Below are positions 13,377 through 21,129 of a stretch of 32,000 nt of DNA, piece after piece. A program made the translations under genes and the position numbers. This DNA comes from Patescibacteria group bacterium. GTDB lineage: Bacteria > Patescibacteriota > Patescibacteriia > 2-01-FULL-39-33. Each line of letters opens with the position of its first letter. Within the stretch, counting starts at the first letter, position 1. The stretch covers positions 1 through 32,000 of the forward strand of contig JBAZRV010000006.1 of the NCBI GenBank assembly GCA_041662745.1, given 5' to 3'. The notes under the pieces were generated by a model. The model searched no databases. It was given only the letters and a program-made list of their open reading frames with translations, and was not told the DNA's origin.

Positions 13377-13382
13377 AAAACC

Positions 13383-13489
13383 ACTAATTATTAAGGCGAA
13401 TTTCCGGTGCCGGAGGGCCGGCAACCCCGGTTTCTGCTATTCTGCAGAACTACACAAGTACTGGGAATTACGCGACACAAGTCATCACT
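13383..13489 (+). promoter_or_regulatory. rpsO 5' leader (~107 nt) with a GC-rich stacked hairpin and no SD. Candidate S15 autoregulatory element.
   Basis: A CCGGTGCCGGAGGGCCGGCAACCCCGG helix set lies inside an otherwise AT-rich leader. S15 autoregulation through leader structures is established in other bacteria. Confidence 0.35.
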
Positions 13490-13852
13490 ATGATAGACAA
13501 AAAAAAGAAACAGCAAATCATCAAAAAATTTGCTGTCCATGAGAACGACACCGGATCATCGGAAGTGCAAATCGCGCTCTTGACCGAAGAAATCAAAAGC
13601 CTGACCGAACACTTAAAAGCCCACAAAAAAGATTTTTCTTCCCGCCGCGGCTTATTGCGCAAGGTGGCCGAAAGACGCAGATTGTTGCGTTATTTGGAGA
13701 GAGAAAATTCCGCCGGCTTTGACGAGCTGGTCAAGTGCCTGAAGCTGAAGATCGCCAAACGCAAAGAGCTCTCCTCCAAATTACTGGAAGACGAGATCAA
13801 AGAAGAATTGGGTGAAGAAATCAAACCTGAAACCGAAACCACTGAAATATAA
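13490..13852 (+). CDS. rpsO: 30S ribosomal protein S15 with a ~30-aa acidic C-terminal extension
   Basis: NDTGSSEVQIALLTEEIKSLTEHLKAHKKDFSSRRGLLRKVAERRRLLRYL is the S15 core. The 120-aa length compares with about 89 aa normally. Confidence 0.93.
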   Translation: MIDKKKKQQIIKKFAVHENDTGSSEVQIALLTEEIKSLTEHLKAHKKDFSSRRGLLRKVAERRRLLRYLERENSAGFDELVKCLKLKIAKRKELSSKLLEDEIKEELGEEIKPETETTEI

Positions 13853-13859
13853 TATGGTG

Positions 13860-13893
13860 CGCGGGACGCCGGCTTTTCGGCGCCCCGCGTTTT
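13860..13893 (+). terminator. GC-rich hairpin with a short T-tract between rpsO and pnp (partial terminator or processing site)
   Basis: A 12-position stem with one mismatch (13860-13871 with 13878-13889), followed by only TTTT. Confidence 0.55.
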
Positions 13894-13926
13894 GCGCCAA
13901 GCTCGCTTTTTAAAAATTAACCTAAC

Positions 13927-14010
13927 GGACCGAGACAGGAGATTATTTATTTGAAAGAAAAGCTGACTCAGGCAGCCGGCTTTCCCTTCAAATAAATCCC
14001 GCTCGGTTCC
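13927..14010 (+). promoter_or_regulatory. Long imperfect hairpin in the pnp leader (candidate RNase III / PNPase autoregulation site)
   Basis: GGACCGAGACAGGAGATTATTTATTTGAAAGAAAAGC pairs, with bulges, with GCTTTCCCTTCAAATAAATCCCGCTCGGTTCC. The pnp SD and ATG follow at 14033. Confidence 0.55.
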
Positions 14011-14032
14011 TAAACAAGAAAGGACCGAAACT

Positions 14033-16318
14033 ATGTTTGCAAACAAAAAATTCCAAACCGAATTCGGCGGCAGAACTTTAACCGTAGAACTCGGCAAACT
14101 GGCTCACCAATGCAATGGCGCAGCCCTGGTTTCTTATGGCGAAACCGTTATCTTGGCCACCGCCGTTATGGGCAAAGAACCCAGAATGGGTATTGACTTC
14201 TTTCCGTTGCAAATAGAAATGGTGGAAAAGATGTACGCCGCCGGCAAAATCAAAGGTTCCAAGTTCGTCAAACGCGACGGCCGCCCGACCGATAACGCCA
14301 TTTTAGACGGCCGCATGATTGACCGCGGCATTCGCCCGCTCTTCAATCAAGAAATGCGCCACGAGGTGCAAGTCGCCACTACCGTCTTGTCTTATGACGA
14401 GGAGAACTCTGTTGATGTCTTGGCGATTACCGCCGGCTCATTGGCCCTGCATATTTCCGATATCCCTTGGCGCGGCCCCTTGGTCGGCGTCTGCGTCGGC
14501 CGTGTTAACGGCGAACTCATTCTTAACCCAACCGAAAGCCAATTGAAAGAATCTGATTTTAAATTGATTTTCTCGGCCGGTTATGACAAAGTTTTGATGA
14601 TTGACGCTGAAGGCAAAGAAATCACCGAGGCGGATATGGCTCAAGCCATTGGCTTCGGACTCAAAGCTATCAAACCGCTGTTAGATTTCATTGAAAGCAT
14701 CAGAAAAGAAATCGGACTGGGGAAAAAAGACGAGGCCAAATTAGTTGAAGCCGCTTGGGCCAACATGGAAATCACCTTGGCCGAGAAAAAAGCGACTTTT
14801 GAGGAAGCCAAGAAATTCTTTGCGCCCCAACTGGACAAATACCTGTTCAACCAGCCCAAAGGCACCAAACGCGAACGCAAGGCCGTGGCTGAAAAACTCT
14901 TGGATTTGTTCATTGAACAACTGAAAGCCAAAAATACTCACGAAGAGATTATTGCTTATATCAAAGAAAACTTTGATTTGTATTTGGAAGACGAAGTAAC
15001 CAAGGCCATCTTAGATAAAGACTTAAGAATTGACGGCCGCGGCGTTACTGACATTAGACCCTTATCGGCTAACGTCGGCATCCTGCCCCGCACCCATGGC
15101 ACCGGCTTGTTCCAGCGCGGTGAAACCCAAATCCTGTCCGTTGTTACTTTGGGCGCGCCCGGCGATGCTCAAATTTTGGATGAAATGACCCAGGATGACA
15201 CCAAAAAAACTTACATCCACCATTATAGTTCCGCCCCCTTCGCTTATGGCGAACCGGGACGTTTTGGCTCACCCGGACGCCGCGAGATCGGCCACGGCGC
15301 TTTGGCGGAAAAAGCTTTGATTCCGGTTTTGCCGGACAAAGAGAAATTCCCTTACACCATCTTAGTCGTCTCCGAAGTCATGGGCTCTAACGGCTCATCT
15401 TCCATGGCCTCTACTTGCGGTTCCACTTTGGCCTTAATGGATGCCGGCGTACCCATCAAAAAACCGGTGGCCGGAATCGCCATGGGCCTCGCTTCTGATG
15501 GCCAGCGCAACAAGGTCATTACTGATTTGCAGGATTTTGAAGACGGTCCCGGCGGCATGGATTTCAAAGTTACCGGTACTGCCGATGGCATTACTGCCAT
15601 CCAAATGGACACCAAAACAGACGGATTATCCATAGACTTATGCGTTGAATCCCTGGCTCGCGCCAAAGAAGCGCGCCTGAAAATTTTAGACGTAATTACC
15701 AACGCTATTCCTGAACCGCGTTCCGATTTATCGCCATACGCTCCTCGCATCATCTGCTTACGCATTGATCCGGAAAAAATCGGCGCGGTTATCGGCGCCG
15801 GCGGCAAGGTTATCAACAAAATTATTGAAGAATGCGGCGTTCAGATTGATATTGATGATGACGGCATTGTCGCTATTACCGGCGTCGGCCAAGAAAGCAT
15901 GGACAAGGCCGTGGCTTGGATTGAAGGCTTAGTCAAAGAAGTGGAACCGGGTGAGATTTACACCGGCAAAGTGGTCCGCCTGATGGACTTTGGCGCTTTC
16001 GTAGAAATCCTGCCGGGCCAGGACGGCTTAGTGCATATTTCCGAATTCTCCAACAACCGCGTAGACAAAATAACCGATGTAGCCAACATCGGCGACGAAC
16101 TGACTGTTAAAGTCATTGAAATAGACGACAAGGGTCGCATCAATTTATCAGTCAAGCAGGCTGATCCGAATTATAATCCGGCCGAAGACATGCGTCGCCC
16201 GCGCAGCGATAGCGGCGATCGTCCCGGCGGACGGGGCGGTTTCAATCGCGACCGCGATCGCGGCGGGTTCGGCGGACAAAGACGGCGCGATAATGATCGC
16301 GGCGGGTTCCGACGCTAA
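14033..16318 (+). CDS. pnp: Polynucleotide phosphorylase with KH and S1 domains and an Arg/Gly-rich (RGG-like) C-terminal tail
   Basis: Two RNase PH-like halves (RPLFNQEMRHEVQV; EIGHGALAEKAL; SNGSSSMASTCGSTLALMDAGVP; DFKVTGT). KH (GAGGKVINKI). S1 (GKVVRLMDFGAFVEI). Tail GDRPGGRGGFNRDRDRGGFGGQRRRDNDRGGFRR. Confidence 0.97.
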   Translation: MFANKKFQTEFGGRTLTVELGKLAHQCNGAALVSYGETVILATAVMGKEPRMGIDFFPLQIEMVEKMYAAGKIKGSKFVKRDGRPTDNAILDGRMIDRGIRPLFNQEMRHEVQVATTVLSYDEENSVDVLAITAGSLALHISDIPWRGPLVGVCVGRVNGELILNPTESQLKESDFKLIFSAGYDKVLMIDAEGKEITEADMAQAIGFGLKAIKPLLDFIESIRKEIGLGKKDEAKLVEAAWANMEITLAEKKATFEEAKKFFAPQLDKYLFNQPKGTKRERKAVAEKLLDLFIEQLKAKNTHEEIIAYIKENFDLYLEDEVTKAILDKDLRIDGRGVTDIRPLSANVGILPRTHGTGLFQRGETQILSVVTLGAPGDAQILDEMTQDDTKKTYIHHYSSAPFAYGEPGRFGSPGRREIGHGALAEKALIPVLPDKEKFPYTILVVSEVMGSNGSSSMASTCGSTLALMDAGVPIKKPVAGIAMGLASDGQRNKVITDLQDFEDGPGGMDFKVTGTADGITAIQMDTKTDGLSIDLCVESLARAKEARLKILDVITNAIPEPRSDLSPYAPRIICLRIDPEKIGAVIGAGGKVINKIIEECGVQIDIDDDGIVAITGVGQESMDKAVAWIEGLVKEVEPGEIYTGKVVRLMDFGAFVEILPGQDGLVHISEFSNNRVDKITDVANIGDELTVKVIEIDDKGRINLSVKQADPNYNPAEDMRRPRSDSGDRPGGRGGFNRDRDRGGFGGQRRRDNDRGGFRR

Positions 16319-16345
16319 TATCAAACCGATTAAACATACCCAAGA

Positions 16346-17704
16346 ATGATTGCTCTGCTTATTATCAAGCTGAAACAAATCTCTCACCGATCCCGGCTTC
16401 TGGCCGGGATTTCGGTAGGAGTTGTTTTTTTTCTTATCTTAATCAATCTGTTAAACGGTTTAAACAGCAATGATAAACTGGTTAGATTCGTCCGACCCAA
16501 CACCACCTTTTACTTATCGCTTAATCTCAGTTCAGCGGAAAAGTCCCTGGCCGGCCTAAAAATAATTGACCGCCTCTTGGCCGGCTATCAATTAACCGAT
16601 CTTAACCGCCATTGGCTCAAATCAAACCTGGGCCAAATTTGTTTGGCTGATAATAACAATCAATCTTGTTTTTTGCTGTTTGATGCCAGAAAAACCCAGG
16701 AAATTCAAAATTATCTGGCAAAAAAAAATATTCCCTATCGACGCTTCGGTAAAACCTTCGCCATTGCCGACAGCCGAGAAAAATTAAAGTCGCTTAGGAC
16801 CAATCTGTTGATCTCCCCCCTAAAGCCTCATGATAAGATTAATCGTCCGCGGGATATTACGGTTTATCTGCGTCCGCAAACCGGCAATAGCCCCAAAATG
16901 CTAAAAATAATTTCCTTAACTACTGCTGACCGAGGCGGCTTGTCTTGGCACGGCAAACTTTCCGGCCCCGCCATCAGTTTAATCGGCGATCAATCTTCGT
17001 TTCCTTTGTTGTCCTGGCCCATTATTTCCACCGAACAGTTGCCTAAAAATAGAAAAGACGCCGATTTAACCCTGGTTCTATCCGAACCGATCAAATTCTG
17101 GCAACAATGGCACAAAATAATTTCTTCCTCTCTGCCCAAAGACTACCAACTTCAAGAAAAAATTACCGCTCAACTGAAAAAATCGTACGGCTTTGATCCG
17201 ACTGATCGCCTTTGGAGCCAATTAGCCTCCCAACCGCTGACGATTATAGCCAAATCTCGTTCGGCTTCCGGCGAAGATCTGCTAAGTGGTTATGATTGGT
17301 CGTTATTTTTATCCGCCGGCCGAGTTCTGTCTGCCACAGATATGGAAAAAATAGAAACTATGATGAAAAAGCTGGTTTCTCGCCGTCAACCTCAAGTTCA
17401 AACGATTTATTTAAGCGATGGTACGCCGGTTGCCGAGTTGTTAAGCGGCGGCGAACCGCAAGAATCAAGCACTGATGACGGCCAACGCTTCTTTTCCAAC
17501 TCCGATCAGTCATTTATTCTGTTTTATTCAACCGAAAACGACAAATTAGAAATGGGGAACAGCCTTTCCTGGCAACCATCCCGAATATTGGATGATAAAA
17601 ATTACCTAAAAATCAATCTGCAAGCCTTCAAAACATACACCAATCCGGTTTTGGCTGATTTCAACTGGCTGGAATCCAGGGGCAATAAAGTGATAATCTA
17701 TTAA
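16346..17704 (+). CDS. Hypothetical N-terminally membrane-anchored protein, 452 aa
   Basis: Long uninterrupted ORF. A single N-terminal hydrophobic helix (LLAGISVGVVFFLILINLL). No catalytic motif recognised. Confidence 0.75.
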   Translation: MIALLIIKLKQISHRSRLLAGISVGVVFFLILINLLNGLNSNDKLVRFVRPNTTFYLSLNLSSAEKSLAGLKIIDRLLAGYQLTDLNRHWLKSNLGQICLADNNNQSCFLLFDARKTQEIQNYLAKKNIPYRRFGKTFAIADSREKLKSLRTNLLISPLKPHDKINRPRDITVYLRPQTGNSPKMLKIISLTTADRGGLSWHGKLSGPAISLIGDQSSFPLLSWPIISTEQLPKNRKDADLTLVLSEPIKFWQQWHKIISSSLPKDYQLQEKITAQLKKSYGFDPTDRLWSQLASQPLTIIAKSRSASGEDLLSGYDWSLFLSAGRVLSATDMEKIETMMKKLVSRRQPQVQTIYLSDGTPVAELLSGGEPQESSTDDGQRFFSNSDQSFILFYSTENDKLEMGNSLSWQPSRILDDKNYLKINLQAFKTYTNPVLADFNWLESRGNKVIIY

Positions 17705-17845
17705 ACCACAAAGAATAACAGCTGTTGATAAGATGTGTATAACTTTACTAAAAACTGCCATTTATAATAAAAAATATTTTGTATTTTTCTACACTATATT
17801 ATTTTTTAGCTAAATTAAAACATTTTATTTATACTTGCCAAAGTT

Positions 17846-17874
17846 TTGACCGTGTTGTCAAAAACTGATATAAT
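17846..17874 (+). promoter_or_regulatory. Sigma70-type promoter driving the long mgtA leader
   Basis: TTGACC (17846-17851), a 17-nt spacer, then TATAAT (17869-17874) with an extended TG. Confidence 0.75.
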
Positions 17875-17880
17875 ATCAAC

Positions 17881-18378
17881 AGGAGGCAAAGATAACGCTT
17901 CCAACGCACATTAGGGTCATAACAATGACCGCAGATATAGAAACCTGGCAATAAAGATACGTTAGCCCCAATAAGCCAAATATAAGTCTCTCTTGGCTCT
18001 CACGGCTAAACATCTCCATAGATTCATATCTTAGACCCAGCTTTCTGCTTTTTATCTGTTAGGCGCATGATGAAGGGACATAAGTCTCACCTTCGCGTCA
18101 GCGAACCTTACAACGCAACAACCCGCTCCCCAATCCGTTTCTCATGACAATTCGCACTGTCCAGGCGTCCAACAATTCCAAAAAGAGCAATTGTGCTCGC
18201 CGCTTCGCGGGTAAAAAGCATAGCCATCTGACTTACGGCTAAAACTCCGATATTCGGATTATTTATTCTCGCCTACTCATCAAGCAGGCGAAAATGAGTA
18301 CTGAGCACCGGATCTCAGTGGGCGCAAGCCAACCATAAGTAATAATTTAAGGTTGCGAATCTTGCGCCCCTTTTTTTA
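17881..18378 (+). promoter_or_regulatory. ORF-free structured leader RNA of about 500 nt upstream of mgtA (candidate cation-responsive riboswitch or other cis-regulatory RNA)
   Basis: No ORF of 60 aa or more in any frame between 17705 and 18437. Bounded by a promoter and a strong terminator. Two hairpins display the identical loop motif ATAAGTCTC. ACGGCTAAA is repeated. Alternative or pseudoknotted helices lie just upstream of the terminator. Confidence 0.55.
18320..18378 (+). terminator. Long rho-independent terminator, 60 nt upstream of the mgtA start
   Basis: GGGCGCAAG (18320-18328) pairs with CTTGCGCCC (18361-18369), with an inner CCAACC/GGTTG helix. C TTTTTTT follows. Confidence 0.85.
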
Positions 18379-18437
18379 TTCAAAAAATTTAGGGTAAAAA
18401 ACGATTTTTGTGATAAAATATAATTATACACAACACT

Positions 18438-21002
18438 ATGGCTGGAAAAATCATCACCGATAAAAACTTAAACAGGCTGGATTCCTTGACGGCAGAAAAA
18501 ATCGCCGCCGAATTGGGCTGCTCCCTTTCCGGTTTGACGCGGATAGAAGCGTCAAAACGCCGTTTAACTTACGGTTTAAACACCATTACCAGCGAGGGCA
18601 AGGGCAAGTTAATCTGGGAATTAAGCAAAAAAATACTAAGCCCGCTGGTAATCACGCTTTTAATCGTGGCCGCTTTTTCTTATTTTCTGGGCGAAAAAAT
18701 TTCTGCCATTATCATTATAACAATGGCGCTTATCGGCGTAGTCCTGTCATTTATTCAGGAGTATAGAGCGAAAAAAAACGCCGCCAAACTCAAGGCCATG
18801 GTCCGATTGCATGTTGAAGTTGTTCGTAACAGCAAAACAGCTAAAATCCCGCTGAAAGACTTGGTGCCGGGAGACATAGTTAATCTTTCCGCCGGCAATA
18901 TGATACCGGCAGACATTAAAATCATCTCAGCCAATAACCTTTTCCTTAATCAATCAACCTTAAACGGCGAATCATTCCCTATGGAGAAATGGGCTGTCCC
19001 GCCCAGTCCGGTTAAAACCAACACCCCGATTTATGACCTGCCGACCATTACCTTAATGGGCGCCAGCGTGGCATCGGGTACGGGTAGCGGCTTAGTAATG
19101 GCTACGGGCGCCAACACTGAATTCGGCAAGTTGGCCATTGATGTGGCCGCCAGCGAACCGGAAACCGCTTTTGACAGGGGCATCAGGGACTTCACCTGGA
19201 TGATGATCAAGCTGATCTTCATCTTGATGACTTTCGTTTTTGTCATTAATACCTTATTCAAAGGCAACTTCGTTGATTCTCTGTTATTCTCCTTGGCCGT
19301 TGCCGTCGGTTTGACTCCGGAAATGCTGCCGATGATAGTTACTGTCAATCTTTCGCGAGGCGCCAGGGCTATGGCCCAAAAAATGGTCATCATCAAGCGT
19401 TTAGACTCCATTCAGAATTTCGGCGCCATGGATGTCTTATGCACCGACAAAACCGGCACCTTGACTATGGATGAAATTATCCTGATTAAGCACTCGGACA
19501 TTGAGGGCAAAGAAAAAGAAGAGATTCTGCGCGATGCCTGGATTAACAGCACTTTCCAATCAGGTATGAACAATCTGTTGGATCGAGCGATCATCAAGCA
19601 CCACAAATTTAAAAAATCAGGCTTGAAAAAAATTGACGAAGTGCCCTTTGATTTTGATCGGCGCATTGTCTCGGTAATCATTCAAGACGAAAAAACCGAC
19701 AGATTAATCGCCAAGGGCGCGCCCGAAGAAATCATTAAACGCTGTAACAGCTACGATTTGAACGGGCGCAGATACGCCCTGGATAAAGGAAGAATAAAAC
19801 AGCTGGGACGGCAATATGACAAACTAAGCCGGGACGGCTTTCGTGTTCTGGCCATTGGCTACAAGGAAGTTGACCGCCAACAGAAAAAATTCAGCCAACA
19901 AGATGAAACTAAGCTTGTCTTCCACGGCTTTACTTCCTTCCTGGATCCGCCCAAAGCCAGCACCAAGGAAGCGATCAATAAAATAGAGGGGCTTGGCGTC
20001 AAACTAAAAATTCTCTCCGGCGACAACGAGCATGTAACCCAAAGAATCTGCGAAGAAGTGGGGCTGGACGGCACCGGCGTTATTACCGGCGGCAAAATTG
20101 AACGTTTAAACGATGATGATCTGCGTAAAATAGTAGAAGAAAAAAACATCTTCGCCCGCCTCTTACCGCTTCAAAAAGAACGGGTCATCAAAGCTCTTCA
20201 GGATAACGGCCACGTCGTGGGTTTTTTGGGCGACGGCATCAACGACGCTCCGGCCTTAAAGGCCGCAGATGTGGGAATCTCCGTCAATAACGCCGCGGAT
20301 ATCGCCAAAGAAACGGCGGATATGATCCTGTTGCGTAAAAGCTTATTAGTCTTAGCCGACGGCGTCAAAGAGGGAAGAAGGACTTTCGCCAACACCTTGA
20401 AATACATCAAGATGGGCGCCTCCTCCAATTTCGGCAATATGCTCTCCATCACCGGTGCTTCAATCATTTTGCCCTTTCTGCCGATGTTGCCGCCGCAAAT
20501 CCTGCTGAACAACTTCATGTATGATCTCTCGCAAATCTTTTTGCCGACCGACAATGTGGACGAAGACTATCTGCTCAAGCCTCGTCCTTGGCATATCGCT
20601 TTCATTAAAAAATTCATTCTGATTATCGGGCCGGTTTCTTCTTTGTTTGATTTTATGACTTACGGCCTGATGTGGTTTATATTCAACGGCGCGGCCAACC
20701 CCGCCCTTTTCCGCACCGGCTGGTTCGTAGAATCGCTTTTTACCCAAACCCTGATTATTTACGTCATCCGCACCAACAAAATCCCCTTCCTGCAAAGCCG
20801 TCCCAGCCGCGCCATAGTTTTTGCCACCTTAAGCATTGTCGGTTTAGGCTGTATCCTGCCCTTCACTTCAATCGGCAGATTGTTCCAATTCCAACCGTTG
20901 CCGAGCCTGTACTTCGTCTTATTATTCGGCCTGGGCCTTTTATACTTATCCTTAACCCAATTAGTTAAAATGCTATTTATTAAAAAATACGGCTATGAAT
21001 AA
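18438..21002 (+). CDS. mgtA: Magnesium-translocating P-type ATPase (MgtA/MgtB subfamily)
   Basis: DKTGTLT phosphorylation motif, GDGINDAPALKAADVGISV hinge, and PFLPMLPPQILLNNFMYDLSQIFLPTDNVDEDYL, which closely resembles the MgtA-specific TM region as I recall it. Confidence 0.9.
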   Translation: MAGKIITDKNLNRLDSLTAEKIAAELGCSLSGLTRIEASKRRLTYGLNTITSEGKGKLIWELSKKILSPLVITLLIVAAFSYFLGEKISAIIIITMALIGVVLSFIQEYRAKKNAAKLKAMVRLHVEVVRNSKTAKIPLKDLVPGDIVNLSAGNMIPADIKIISANNLFLNQSTLNGESFPMEKWAVPPSPVKTNTPIYDLPTITLMGASVASGTGSGLVMATGANTEFGKLAIDVAASEPETAFDRGIRDFTWMMIKLIFILMTFVFVINTLFKGNFVDSLLFSLAVAVGLTPEMLPMIVTVNLSRGARAMAQKMVIIKRLDSIQNFGAMDVLCTDKTGTLTMDEIILIKHSDIEGKEKEEILRDAWINSTFQSGMNNLLDRAIIKHHKFKKSGLKKIDEVPFDFDRRIVSVIIQDEKTDRLIAKGAPEEIIKRCNSYDLNGRRYALDKGRIKQLGRQYDKLSRDGFRVLAIGYKEVDRQQKKFSQQDETKLVFHGFTSFLDPPKASTKEAINKIEGLGVKLKILSGDNEHVTQRICEEVGLDGTGVITGGKIERLNDDDLRKIVEEKNIFARLLPLQKERVIKALQDNGHVVGFLGDGINDAPALKAADVGISVNNAADIAKETADMILLRKSLLVLADGVKEGRRTFANTLKYIKMGASSNFGNMLSITGASIILPFLPMLPPQILLNNFMYDLSQIFLPTDNVDEDYLLKPRPWHIAFIKKFILIIGPVSSLFDFMTYGLMWFIFNGAANPALFRTGWFVESLFTQTLIIYVIRTNKIPFLQSRPSRAIVFATLSIVGLGCILPFTSIGRLFQFQPLPSLYFVLLFGLGLLYLSLTQLVKMLFIKKYGYE

Positions 21003-21077
21003 ACCGTAAAAACCAAGCTGCCAAGGTGCGAGCTGATTTGCTCGTACCATTAGAATAAATATAGAACACAAATAAAA

Positions 21078-21115
21078 TCCGTCTGACGAACTGCGCGTCG
21101 GACGGACTTTTTTTA
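21078..21115. terminator. Bidirectional terminator between the convergent mgtA and smc genes
   Basis: TCCGTCTGACG (21078-21088) pairs with CGTCGGACGGA (21096-21106). T-runs are present on both strands. Confidence 0.8.
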
Positions 21116-21129
21116 TTATATTTGTTGTA

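Noticed and set aside
13091-13542. ORFs 13091-13354 (-) and 13327-13542 (+) in the palindrome cluster and rpsO leader
   Set aside because: They are translated from repeat elements and palindromes (for example SFPCTLPAGRQGRESRL) and run across the rpsO promoter. These are typical spurious repeat-derived ORFs.
17925-18141. Small leader peptides in the mgtA leader (a 9-aa ORF at 17925; a 26-aa ORF starting at the ATGATG at 18067)
   Set aside because: Neither has an SD at proper spacing or any notable codon pattern. I cannot support an mgtL-like leader peptide from the sequence alone.
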